A stretch of DNA of 64,000 nt from Azolla caroliniana (taxonomy: Eukaryota; Plantae; Polypodiophyta): the NCBI GenBank assembly GCA_043228905.1, contig JBHGNT010000008.1, positions 15,934,001 through 15,998,000 of the forward strand, written 5' to 3'. Below, one piece after another: positions 1 to 11,647 of the stretch. A program made the translations under genes and the position numbers. Each line of letters opens with the position of its first letter. The stretch's first letter is position 1. The notes below the pieces were generated by a model. It was not told the origin of the DNA. It saw only the letters and a program-made list of their open reading frames with translations, and ran no database searches.

Positions 1-897
1 GGACCTTCTCAATGAAAGACTTGGGTCCGGCAAGACAAATGTTGGGGATGCATATCATCCGGAACCGGCCAACGAAGCAACTGTGGCTGTCACAGAAGAA
101 GTACGTGACAAAGGTGCTTCAGCGGTTCAACATGTCAGATGCGAAACCGGTCGGATCGACACTTCCGAAAATGCGGTAAGCAAAGCCCGAAGACGAAAGC
201 AGAGAAGGCGGATATGATGAAGGTTCCATATGCCTCTGCCGTCGGGAGCTTGATGTACGCAATGGTGTGTACCCGAACGGATATAGGATACGCAGTCGGA
301 GTGTTGAGCCGGTTTATGAGCAATCCCGGCAAGGAGCACTGGAACGCGGTCAAATGTATACTCCGGTACTTGAAGGGCACTTCAAATATGTGTCTCCGAT
401 TCGGCTCCGGTAAACCTCAACTTGACGGTTTTACCGATTCGGACATGTCGGCTGATGTGGATACCAGCCGGTCTACATCCGGGTATGTAATGACATATGC
501 AGGGGGAGTTGTTTCGTGGTAGTCAAGGCTGCAGAAGACGGTTGCGCTGTCAACCACAGAGCCGGAGTACATGGCGGTTGTGGAAGCCGGCAAGGAAATA
601 TTATGGATGAAGGACTTCATCGGAGAGCTCGGTATCCGGCAAGATGAATACCGGCTCTATTGTGAGAGTCAAAGTGTCATCCACCTTGCTAAGAATGCGG
701 CCTACCATTCCCGAACGAAGCATATCCAGCGAAGGTATCACTGGATCCGGGAAAGAGTCGATGACCAGGAGTTCATGCTGACGAAGATCCACAAGGCCGA
801 GAACGGATCAGATATGCTGACCAAAGTACTGATACCTGACAAGATGGATGTATGCCGGAAGCAGATCAAACTAGTAAGACATCCCATGCCGGAGTGA
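1..897 (+). pseudogene. 3' end of Ty1/copia pol (RT tail and RNase H), Tnt1/Tork-like, disrupted
   Basis: Translations contain VPYASAVGSLMYAMVC, FTDSDMS, TEPEY, HSRTKHIQRRYHW and SDMLTK. In-frame TAG at 520-522. Followed by PPT-like GAAGGGGGAG. Confidence 0.93.
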
Positions 898-907
898 AGG
901 GGGAGTT

Positions 908-1675
908 TGTTAGGAAACAGGTTCCTCCGGATGGTGAAGACCCGGTGAGAACCGGATGAAGAGTACCCGGCTACGGAGAGCCGGATGGTGAAGACCCGGT
1001 GAGAACCGGATGAAGAGTACCCGGCTACGGAGAGCCGGATGGTGCAGACCCGGTGAGAACCGGATGAAGAGTACCTAGCTACGAAGAGCCGGATGGTGCA
1101 GACCTAGTGAGAACCGGATGACGAGTACCCGGAAACGGAAGACCCGGTGAGAACCGAATGACGAGTACCCAGCAAGCGCTGGATGATGCAAGCCCGGTGA
1201 GGAGTGCTCACCGGATGAAGAGACATATTCGTAAATATGTTTCTGAGAGTCCATCGTGGCTATATTTGTAAATAGCCGAAAAGTCATATTAGCATAAATA
1301 TGACTTAGGGCAAACTTTAGTTATGTGAGTTGTTGTCATTCTTGTTGGAAAAAGACTAGAGAGTGCGTAATAGTGTACAAAGAGAGAGAGAGAGAGGAAG
1401 AGGTTGTTGCCTCTGTTGTAACCGCCGCCTGTGGCGAAGATTGTGAGCACAAGGTCGTTGCCTCTGTGAGGTCATTGTTGTAATCATTGTGATATAGTGA
1501 TAGTTTGGAGTCTGTGGACTCCCGTGGTTTTTTTTTCCCCTCTCAGGGTTTTCCACGTTAAACATCCTGTGTACTCTTCTCTCCTTTGTGTTGTGTGTTC
1601 ATTCCCCGTTTTCTGTGTTTGATTCTAAGCTCGGTTGTGGCCGAGCGTTACGCAGGGAGCGTGTAGTTCCTGTCA
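908..1675 (+). mobile_element. 3' LTR of the copia element at 1-897
   Basis: Starts TGTTAGG just after the PPT and ends CCTGTCA, where the integrase sequence of another copia resumes (YFSDKF). U5 motif AGGGTTTTCCACGT is shared with other LTRs in the window. Confidence 0.75.
927..1220 (+). repeat. About 54-bp tandem repeat (about 5 units, decaying) in LTR U3
   Basis: Unit CCGGATGGTGAAGACCCGGTGAGAACCGGATGAAGAGTACCCGGCTACGGAGAG is repeated from 927 onward. Confidence 0.9.
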
Positions 1676-3860
1676 AGTACTTCTCCGATAAATTCACCTC
1701 CTACCCCCAAAGTGAAGGCATTCGGAGAGAATTCTCATGCCGACACACACCCCAACAAAATGGAGTCGCCGAAAGGAAGAATCGGCAAATACTCGAGGTA
1801 GCACGCACCATGATGCATGAGAAGCACATGTCGAACCTCTATTGGGCCGAAGCGGCATCCACGGCCGTCTATCTCATGAATCGATGCATCACTAATGGAG
1901 TGCATGAGCTAACTCCCTATGAGCTCCTCGTCGAAAGGAAGCTGATCCTATCGCATCTCAAGGTGTTCGGAAGCATTGCGAATGTATGCATCCCAAACGA
2001 AAGCTGACAGAAGCCTGGCGCGAAGTCAAAGGAATGTATCCTCATAGGATACTCATCGGAGAAGAAGGCATACAAGTGCTACAACCCTTCTACCCGAGCG
2101 GTTTGGATAACTCGAGACGTAGTCTTCGACGAGTCCGCATCCTGGTACGCACCAGAGACAACTACGATGTCGTAGTGTATTTTGTACACTACGTGAAAAA
2201 CGTATATAGTATTAGATTCAATAAAAAATGAAGAAATAGAAGAAAATAGCAAAATAAATGGAACATGCATAGGGCAAGATTCGAACCTTGCACCTCCATG
2301 TTAATAATGTAATGTCTTACCATTACACTAGCATTTCATTAGTGTTAAAGCATAGATGTCCCACATAGAAAGGTAAATTCACGCTAGGATAAACATTAGA
2401 AAAACGCATAACAAAAGAAAAAGCTACACATACACATCTAGCGTGCATGATAAAAAACGCACAAGTTAGAAAAAAAGCATGATCACTTTAGATAAAGCAT
2501 ATAGTCTATCTATAGGAAAAGCATGGGGTCTATAGTTAGTGAAAAAGCATAGATTACTAAGACTTCCTCATCACTACATAAGGATGGGGAGCACAATGTA
2601 ATTGTGTGTGAAAAATATTTGGAAACTGGATATGTTTCTAAAAAACACCAATTAATAAACTATACTCGTGGGATTCACGAGAATTCTATATCATTCTCTT
2701 TCAACCGAAGTTTATATTCTTATATTCATATTGATTAATCTAATACAATACACTCGTGGGATTCACGAGTTTGCTATAACTCTTTCTTACAACATATTTA
2801 TATTCTTATTAGCCTTAAAACTCTCCTCTTCCTAGTCCAAAACCTCGGCGGTTCCCACCCGACTCACGCAAACGATCCGGAGCCGAAAGGCACTACAACG
2901 ATTCCGACTCCGCTCGACCTGGAATCTGCCGAACAAGAGGTAGAAGATGGAGATCGCTTCGAACACATGTTCGAAGAAAGTCCGATTACGGCAAGGCCTA
3001 GTGGGCCACAAGAGCCCCCACGCAACCCAAGCACGTCGCGGCCAAGTACGAACTTGGACAAAGGCAAATGTAAGATGCCCGAATACGAAGTCGACCACCC
3101 CGACAACAGTGATTCGGATACGTTGGCTCCCTCACTAGACAGTGAGTTCGTTGTACCCATCATGCGGACACCCGGGGCAAAGAAGGCGCTCACATCGCCG
3201 AGCGAAAAACTTCACGCTCATCTAGAGCGAAGAACCTCATCACTCGGCACGGCTACAACAAGTACATGGCCCATCACTATGCCTTCGCGATGAAGGTAGC
3301 GGCTGAACTAGAGCCCAAGAGCTCCACCGAAGTGGCTCGTAACCCACGATGGGTGGAAGTAGTCAGCCTTCGCCCACACACTACAAGCCTTCGTCACCGG
3401 CTTGAGGGGGAGGACCCGAGATTGCCACGGCAAAGAAAGCCGAAGGCCGCACAGAAGCCGCACAGAAGCGGACATTGAAAGCCGGACAACGTCGAAAGCC
3501 AAAGCGGATGTCGGACGCCTCACACTTGAGCTTGAGGGGGCATGTTGAGAGATCAAGCTCAACTTAATTTAGTTAGTTAGTCAACCATGTAACTTCGTAG
3601 TTACCTAGATAGAATCTAGTTAGAAGTGTTGACTAGAACGCCTTAAATAGGACCTTGTACTTAAGTGGGATATTCTAGATCCTCCACTCCCAAGTACATT
3701 TAGTATAGGACTTACACTTTTGTACCTATATTCTACTCACACATGTGCACCTTTGCACATGAGATGTATATATACCTCATTGTGGGTATTTTTGTATTTA
3801 ATGATGATAATGCTAATTTAACATAGTTACTCATCCCCCATCTTGTGTTGTTCATAAGTG

Positions 3861-3924
<64 letters not shown>

Positions 3925-3979
3925 ACGCGCGCGCGCATACACACACATATCACATAATCTTCCGCTTAACTTAATCACA
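1676..3979 (+). mobile_element. Internally deleted Ty1/copia remnant (integrase, RT/RH deleted, PPT, 3' LTR about 3543-3979), interrupted by a solo LTR
   Basis: Integrase motifs TPQQNGVAERKNR, WAEAASTAVY and LKVFGS. The reading continues across the 2168-2897 insertion (ESASWYAPETTT|IPTPLDLES). PPT TTGAGGGGGCA then TGTTGAG at 3543. Putative LTR end TTAATCACA resembles sibling LTR ends. Confidence 0.8.
2168..2897 (+). mobile_element. Solo LTR of the tRNA-Trp-primed gypsy family
   Basis: TGTCGTAG...GGCACTACA flanked by a 4-bp duplication ACGA. Both ends match the LTR at 55878-62108, which is followed by a Trp PBS. Confidence 0.88.
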
Positions 3980-5599
3980 TAATTAGGTACTAATTTAATT
4001 ACCTAATTATGAACAAATGGAAAATAAACAATTAAACAAAGATGATCTTATTATAGTGTTAGGTAGGGCCTTGAGTTCAAGTATCACCAAACCTTATTCC
4101 ATCAATTTCATAGTAAAATACTCTTCATGTAGCGATAAGCATGAGGGAGGCAAGTGTGGCATACTACCAAAGACTCCAAATGTGTACTTGTTTTGTAATA
4201 AATTCATTCTATCAAGATTGTTGCTTTTGCATCAATAATAGTTGTCATGGACATAGTTTACAATTTTCAAATTCTCATCTTTCACCTTGTTCCACAACTA
4301 TCTATAATCTAGCCACAATATATACACCATAACGACACCATATATTTTTACTTTTTATTATTGCTCGTTATTACAATCATGATATTGCTCGTTATTATTG
4401 TGAAAATCATAGTAGTGTCGTGAATAACTATGGAAGCCCTTCAATGAGGATATTGCAAATGCATCCAAGAGAATTTGTGCATTGATGTAAAAAAAAAATT
4501 GGTTACATTAATGTAGCCTCATACTTACCTATGACTACTTCATAACATGAAATTCAATGAGAAACAAGGGTAAGGAGTTAGGACAACGATTTTTAAAATG
4601 CTTTTTGAAATCAAGGCTTTGATCATCTTCTAAAAGACTTGATGTTACCTTGACCCAACCACACTTCGGTTGTGAAAAAATATTCAATATAATTCATAAG
4701 CTCATCTTGAATTTTGGAAGAGTCACAGGGTTCAAGTCCGAAGTGTTTTATATGGTAGTCATTATACAAATTCTTCATTTTTTTGGGGTTGTAAAAGTGC
4801 ATTTGATAGTTTCCTCCAAGATACAACCATACAAATGAATGTCCATAACCAAACGGCCAAGATAATTTTGTTGCCTGAGACAGAAGACTGGTAAAGTATA
4901 GAGGCATATATTTCAAAATTAAATAGAACATAGATGGGTCACGACTCACAATTATGAGATTAATAAGAAACTCATGGAAGCGAAAAACAAGCGAAGATAA
5001 GGTTCATGAAAAACTTTAAAAAACACACACGATGATAAATTAAAGGATATTCGTAACATGGTTAGTATGATAGTCTATTATCATTCTTTTAGGCATTTAC
5101 TTTTGTTGGTGGGTACTAGCTATGACCATAATTCATTAAGAATCTCTTTTAAATGGAGGATTTTGACGATTGGCAAACTTTTAGAATAATATGGTTGACA
5201 ATAGAACAAACTTCATTCACCCTCAAAAATAAAAAATAAGCCTTGGCACACATGTGACACGATCCTAACTAGTTATAATTACATTAAAGGGACAACTGAT
5301 TGACTGATGATACACTTGCGAGGGACCAAGTGTCATAATAATTCGGGAAGTGTCCAATGCCCATCAAACAACAAACATAACATATCAGGTTTCTCATCAT
5401 GCAAGTCTAACTTAAATCAAATTTCAGATGTCGATGAATAAATGGCTCTTGTCATATAACTGCACTTTAAAAATATAAGTCAATCCATATAAGAAGGTAT
5501 GTGTCAACAACAGACGCCACTAGGCTGTGTTATACCTTTGAAACCTAAACAGTTTCTAAATTCAAGCAATGTTCCATTCGAATTTGTTGATGAATAAGT

Positions 5600-6960
5600 T
5601 TCTTTCAATGACTCACGTATTTCAATGTAGTGTTAAGACAAGGACCATTCTAGATGTCCTCATGGCAAGCAAAGGAATATATAAATTGATGTGAAACTAG
5701 ATATTTTATGCTAAAGTGCAATTTGGAAACATTGCGTTTGTAAATTTTAAACCTATTTATTCTCGAAAATATTTGTGGAATTTCAAAGGCAAAAGAATAT
5801 AATAAGTATCTACATAATTGGGGTAAAATGAAATATGTAAAAAAAATTGACTAAGCAAAAATATGGCTACAGAAATTATATGGCAGATAGAGATCAGAAC
5901 TCTCACACGATTAGGATTGTATTGTACTCGAAGAAAAATGTATTCAAATATGGAAGTATGAACTCTCACACGATTAGGAGTGTATTGTACTCGGAGAAAA
6001 ATGTATTCAAATATGGAAGCATGAACTCTCACACGATTAGGAGTGTATTGTACTCAGAGAAAAATGTATTCAAATATGGAAGCATTACTGGTTGTTGGAT
6101 ATCATTAGAAGTGTTGGGATGCGCAGTAGTGGAGTTATTAGAGGATTGTCAAGAACTCCCACTAGTGTTGTAGATTCGAGAGCAACGAGCTCACTTGCCA
6201 CTTATGTGCGGCATGATTTAATAGTATGGGAGGTATCTAATAATATTCTAAAACCATGGTATTTTATAAATCAATTTCCTCAAACCTAAGGGTAAAAAAC
6301 TATAGCATTGGCTTCCGTATGCATTGTAATAGCTTGTTTAAAAACACATGGTTTCATAAAATAGTTTCTAGAATCCTTGACATGTTCAAAACAATACCAT
6401 TGCAAACAAAAATTGAATCACATTGAGTACAATACTTCATTGCCGAACTCTCTCACGAGTCATGACTATGAGCTTGGTTGTCTCAATCTCCCTCTCTCTG
6501 TATGTTCATTCGCCTATTTCATGGTTGAATTATGAAGATTGTCCCGTTTCCTTTAAAAGGATTTATCCTTTTTCCACCATGATAAATTTTCTAAACTCAA
6601 GAAGAGTTACTATTTTATACCGGGAAAGGACTTTTTGTCATTTTGATAGTAGGTTAAAACTCATTGTTAAAATTTGGAAGGTAAATTTTGAGACTAGAGA
6701 AGAGCTGGCATAAGTTAGAAGCACATGGTGTCCAAACTTGAAGAGGTGTATGCCCGTTCTTCACAAGGTCAATTTCGAAACTCGAGAAGTGTTGACATGA
6801 CATTAGTGTCTTTCCACAAATAAATTTGGAGAAATAGGAGATGTAGCACTATACATGACATTGTACCAAAAGATTGGTAATAAATTTCTTCTCTCATGCC
6901 CCAAAATTGAAAATTGCAAGAGGTGTTGAGAAGGACAACGGAGACATTGTCTCTTGGCAT
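5600..6960 (+). pseudogene. Possible highly decayed NB-ARC/LRR (NLR) gene fragment
   Basis: In order: RNBS-B-like (DSRI...TR), RNBS-C-like (YKL...AKVQFGNIAF), GLPL-like (VELLEDCQELPLVL), then LRR-like CPNLK/CPK words. Many stops and frameshifts, and no P-loop recognised. Confidence 0.35.
5898..6083 (+). repeat. 63-bp tandem repeat, 3 copies
   Basis: AACTCTCACACGATTAGGA...AATGTATTCAAATATGGAAG starts at 5898, 5961 and 6024. Confidence 0.93.
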
Positions 6961-8634
6961 GATATATTGTTACTAAGGGATCACACGAGACAAACAAAAA
7001 GAGATATTCTCTATTAACGTAATTAGCTTGGTACAAGGTACCAGCATTTGGATCATGGCCACTAGAGCGTTAGAGTCGAGTGTGGTTCTTCCTCTCATAA
7101 AGTGCTATACATATTATCATGTGTAAGTGGATATGTGGAACAACCTTGGCCTAAGGTGTTCAAACCACAAGAGTTCAAGAAAAGGCTTTGTACCAATCTC
7201 CATTTGCTTGGAAACGTATCTAACTTGGTACACGTATTATCAACAAAAGGTACAAGCTTTTGGGTCATGACAAGCTGTTAGAGCATATTAGCACCAAGTC
7301 TGGTTCTTCCACCCTTAAAGAAAATGCTACATATCATTATCATTGTGTATATGGAACAACATTACCCTAAGGCATTCAATCATTGCCACTAGCGTTGGGG
7401 AAAAGCCTTGGTGCTAATCAAAGAAAGTTCTCCCTTCTTTACTATGCACATGCTCGTAGAAAATGATGGGGAGGCAGGACAAGTTCGTAAGAACTTAGCA
7501 AAAAGGAAATTACCCAAGGTATTGTGTCTTCGACATAAGTCTCCAACTAGCAAGTTCACGATCATACACTTGGATATACACCTGTAGCAAGATTACAATC
7601 ATACACTTGGACATAAGTTTGTAGCTATCTCCAAGTTCAAAGAATCTCTCTCGTTAAAGTTCAAAGAATCATACACTTCACATTGTCTCCAAGTGGCTCT
7701 AAGTTCAAAGAATCAATCAATCTGTCTCTCTTGTGGAAGTTGAAAGAATGGATCGATGTATCAATCTATACCTTTGTCGGGGGAAAATAGTAAAAAAATA
7801 GTAGGGGTTCCAAAATGTGGCACTTTCTACCCAAATGCGTCGTATTTGGCCCGGTTTGTTCACTATTTCGGCTACTCATTTTACACGATCCCTTCTTATC
7901 TTATAAAATAAGAAGAATGGGGTGGCTAACTAGTGGATACAGTTGTTAGTGTCTCCTAAAAAAGGAAAAAGGCTAACTTAAGAGGGTTAACTTAAAAAAG
8001 GTTTTTGTGAGTGTGACACCTATATACATACATAGATAAGGTTTATTAACAACCTAAACACTAACTACACTTAAAAAGTCTAAACTTTGTTGATGATCAC
8101 ATTCATTAAAAGAAGCCCACAGGATCGACTTTAATAAAAGAGTGAAAACAATGATCACAGATTGATCCATTCAATGCAGGAACCCAATGATAATCGATTT
8201 TGTTTTTCCAAAAAACAAAACAGAGAGTAAAATGGAAGAGACTGACTTCATAAATAAAAGCACATCATAGATTGAATCATTATTACTAGATTATTTTTTT
8301 TGTTTTTTTTATACTATTTTGTTGATTTTGTGGAAAGGAAGGAGGAGCTGCTTCAGAGAAGAAAGCATAATTTAATTATTTGTGGAAGAAAGAAAAGACC
8401 ATGAATCTCTGTGTGTATTCATCGATCATTAGATATCCTAGTTAGCTACAAGAAGGGGAAGGAAATGGAAACTCACATTTACAAAAGAGAGAGAGAGGGA
8501 GGAGGAGGGCGGATCACTGCTACCAAACCAATGTATTAATCTAGGTAATGTATAATCAGACAGATTTTAGATAGATTTTTATCAGAGGCCATCCCTGCAT
8601 TAAAATCTATATATGGTCAACAAAATGTTGGCTA

Positions 8635-9245
8635 GGGAAGGATTTGGCATAAGCAGAAGCAGAAGAAGGCGATAGGATTTGGCATAAGCAGAAGCAGGAG
8701 AAGGCGAAGGGATTTTGGCCATAAGCAGAAGCAGGAGGAGGCGAAGGGATTTTGACCATAAGCAGAATCAGGAGAAGGCGAAGGGATTTTGGCCATAAGC
8801 AGAAGTGGCAAATCAGAAGCAGAAGGAGGCGAAGGGATTTTGGTCATAACGAGAAGTGGCAAATCAGAAGCAGAAGGAGGCGAAGGGATTTTGGTCATAA
8901 CGAGAAGTGGCAAATCAGAAGCAGAAGGAGGCGAAAGGATTTTGGCCATAACCAGAAGTGGCAAATCAGAAGCAGAAGAATCCGAAAGGATTTGCCATAA
9001 CCAGAAGTGGCAAATCAGAAGCAGAAGAATCCGAAGGAATTTTGGCCATAAGCAGAAGTGGCAAATCAGAAGCAGCAGAATCGGAAGGGATTTGCCATGA
9101 CCAGAAGCAGAAGAAGCCGAAGAAGCCGAAGGGATTAGCCACAAGCAGAAGCTGCAGCAGAAGAAGCCGAAGGAATTGGCCATAAACAGAAGCAGCAGAA
9201 GAAGAAGCCGAAGGAATTTACCATAACCAGAAGCAGAAGAAGCAA
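8635..9245. repeat. Minisatellite array (33-36 and 48-51-bp units built from GCAGAA) just downstream of the FTR1 stop
   Basis: Unit GGCCATAAGCAGAAGTGGCAAATCAGAAGCAGAAGGAGGCGAAGGGATTTT and shorter variants are repeated more than 10 times. Confidence 0.9.
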
Positions 9246-9344
9246 AAGGAAAAGGGAAAAGGAAAAGGAAAAGAGAAAAAGGAAGAGAAGCAGAAGGAAT
9301 TTTTAGTTGAGAAGCTAAAGAATGAACAGATTTTTTTAAGGTTT

Positions 9345-10334
9345 CTAGACATTGGAGAGGGAGATGGTGGCGGATTCCTGCTCCAGGCGAGCGTCGCGCT
9401 CGGCGTCGCGGCGCCATTTGAAGCGGAGGAGGAGGAGAGCGACGAGGACGAAGAGCCAGTACATGATGTAGGCAGAGAGCGTACCCTGCGTGGCTTCGTT
9501 TCTCCAGCCAAAGACAGCATTCAGGAGGGACCAGACATTGTTTCCTTCAGGGTCGCAGCAATCGAGCTGCCACAGGAAGTGCTCGTTGTCTGTGTACTCC
9601 TCCAGCTCGTGGACGGAGCCGGTGAAGAGGCCGGCGGCGATGACGAGCAGGAGGAGAGTGGCGGCGGTGAGGAAGAGCTTGAAGGCGGCATGGGTGCCGC
9701 CGCGGTAGAGGAGGAAGCCGACGGCGATGCCGCAGAGAGCTCCGACGATGGCAGGGATGGGGTAGGCGGTGCCGGAGCCTTCGAGGCCGATGCCGCCGAG
9801 GAAGATGACGGCCTCCACGCCTTCTCTGAGCACCACGGTGAAGGGGATGAGGAAGAGCGCATACCTGCTGCGCCTGCTCTGCTTCTCTTCGAGAGCGAAG
9901 CCATCGCTAGGATGGCCATGGCCATCGCTGATGCTGCCTTTCTTCTGCTCCCTGTTGAGGGCGTCGACGGTGACCTTGGTGAGCTTCTTCTCCCACTTGG
10001 CGCGCCACGTGTCGACGCGGAGCATGGAGAAGGCCATGAGCGTGATGAGCAGGACGGCGACGAGGCCGAGGATGCCTTCCCAGAGGGACTCGGACTGGTC
10101 CCAGGCGCGCTTGGCGACGGTGTAGTAGAGGGAGAGGAAGACGGCGGCGGCGGCCATGGAGAGGGCCACGCCGGCCACCACGCCGGACCACACCTGCCGG
10201 GTCATGCGAGACCGGGAAGCCCCCGCCGGCACCAGCTTGTTGATGAGCGTCAGCATGACCGACAAGATAATGGACGCCTCCAGAGTCTCCCGGAATAGTA
10301 TGAAGAACGCCGGCACGCTGAAGAGCTGGACCAT
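9345..10334 (-). CDS. FTR1: High-affinity iron permease, FTR1/Fip1/EfeU family (329 aa, intronless)
   Basis: ATG in GCCACCATGG context at 10334. Two iron-permeation RExxE motifs (FRETLEA in TM1, VLREGVEA in TM4), about 7 hydrophobic helices, and WEGI, W..KWE.KL and WQLDCCDPE...LLNAVFGWRNEAT..AY..YW segments typical of eukaryotic Ftr1. No stops. The 138 upstream codons of the 467-aa ORF call are microsatellite/promoter sequence. Confidence 0.93.
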   Translation of the reverse strand: MVQLFSVPAFFILFRETLEASIILSVMLTLINKLVPAGASRSRMTRQVWSGVVAGVALSMAAAAVFLSLYYTVAKRAWDQSESLWEGILGLVAVLLITLMAFSMLRVDTWRAKWEKKLTKVTVDALNREQKKGSISDGHGHPSDGFALEEKQSRRSRYALFLIPFTVVLREGVEAVIFLGGIGLEGSGTAYPIPAIVGALCGIAVGFLLYRGGTHAAFKLFLTAATLLLLVIAAGLFTGSVHELEEYTDNEHFLWQLDCCDPEGNNVWSLLNAVFGWRNEATQGTLSAYIMYWLFVLVALLLLRFKWRRDAERDARLEQESATISLSNV

Positions 10335-10449
10335 GGTGGCAGGAGCGGCGGAGCTACAGGCGGCGGCGGCAGGAGAGACCAAGAGGTGGAGGTATGTGTG
10401 TGTTTTTTGAGCTTTTTGTGTGTGTGTGTGTGGTGGGAAGTATGTACAT

Positions 10450-10535
10450 ACATATTTAAAAGGAGGTGTGGAGATGTAGGGAGGGGGGGGGTGTGTGTGT
10501 GTGTTTGTGCGTGGCACGTGCGAGTCCCGCACGTG
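10450..10535 (-). promoter_or_regulatory. Putative FTR1 core promoter: TATA-like TTTAAATA and two CACGTG G-boxes
   Basis: CACGTG at 10515-10520 and 10530-10535. AT-rich box about 120 nt upstream of the ATG. Confidence 0.4.
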
Positions 10536-10589
10536 CCGGCGTGTGAATGCCCCCCGGTCTCCACACACACTTGCACGCACGCACGCACA

Positions 10590-11017
10590 CACGAGCGAGC
10601 GAGAAACACAAAGAGAAGGGGGGGAGAGAGAGAGAGAGAGAGAGAGAGTGAGTGAGTGAGTGAGAGAGAGAGAGGCCCTTTCAGAGCAAAATGGACGTCC
10701 CCTTTCTTTTCTCCCACCCCATCCATGCAAACACATACACACACACATTCATTCACTCACTCTTTTGCTTCATTCTTCTCTCTCTCTCTCTCTCTCTCTC
10801 CCCCATTCTCTCTCTAGATTCTCGCACTCTCTTTTTTTTAATTTTTATTGTAATTACTTTACCCTGGTGGTAAGTTGTTAGCACTACAAGCATTGCCTTC
10901 GAACTGTCTTTTTCTTAATTTTTATTGTCATTACCTTACCCTAGTGGTAAGTTATTAGCACTACAAGCATTGCGTACGCATGCACGAGCGAGCGAGCGAG
11001 AAACACAAAGAGAAAGG

Positions 11018-11083
<66 letters not shown>

Positions 11084-11220
11084 ATGAGAGAGGGAGGCCC
11101 TTTCTCCCACCCCATCCATGCAAACACACACATTCACTCACTCACTCTTTTGCTTGATTCTTCTCTCTCTCTATATTCTCACATGCACGAGCGAGCGAGC
11201 GAGAAACACAAAGAGAAAGG

Positions 11221-11278
<58 letters not shown>

Positions 11279-11575
11279 ATGAGAGAGGGAGGCCCTTTCT
11301 CCCACCCCATCCATGCAAACACACACATTCACTCACTCACTCTTTTGCTTGATTCTTCTCTCTCTCTATATTCTCACAGTGTCTTTTTCTTAATTTTTAT
11401 TGTAATTACCTTACCCTAGTTGTAAGTTGTTAGCACTAGTTATTATAATTACTTTACCCTAGTGGTTAGTTGTTAGCACTACAAGCATTGCCTTCGAATT
11501 GTCTTTTTCTTAATTTTTATTGTCATTACCTTACTCTAGTGATAAGTTGTTAGCACTACAAGCATTGCGTTCGAG
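10590..11575. repeat. Compound segmental duplications upstream of FTR1
   Basis: Module CACGAGCGAGCGAGAAACACAAAGAG-(AG)n-CCCACCCCATCCATGCAAACAC occurs at about 10590, 10983 and 11186. Module TACCCTAGTGGTAAGTTGTTAGCACTACAAGCATTG occurs about 5 times between 10860 and 11570. Confidence 0.85.
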
Positions 11576-11647
11576 GTTCGAAACCCAACTTCCTCACCTC
11601 TCTATTATATACTTCTTATATATCTCTTAATTCACTAGATGCCACTA

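Noticed and set aside
8632-9417. 261-aa ORF with SPPSASDLPLLVMTKIP repeats
   Set aside because: Open frames on both strands are explained by repeat units that are multiples of 3. It overlaps FTR1 out of frame and has no recognisable domain.
9490-10410. Overlapping antisense and alternate-frame ORFs over FTR1
   Set aside because: Expected shadow ORFs of a GC-rich coding sequence.
10335-10748. 138-aa N-terminal extension of FTR1 in the ORF track
   Set aside because: It is made of (CT)n/(CA)n microsatellite translation. Family similarity and a strong Kozak ATG begin at 10334.
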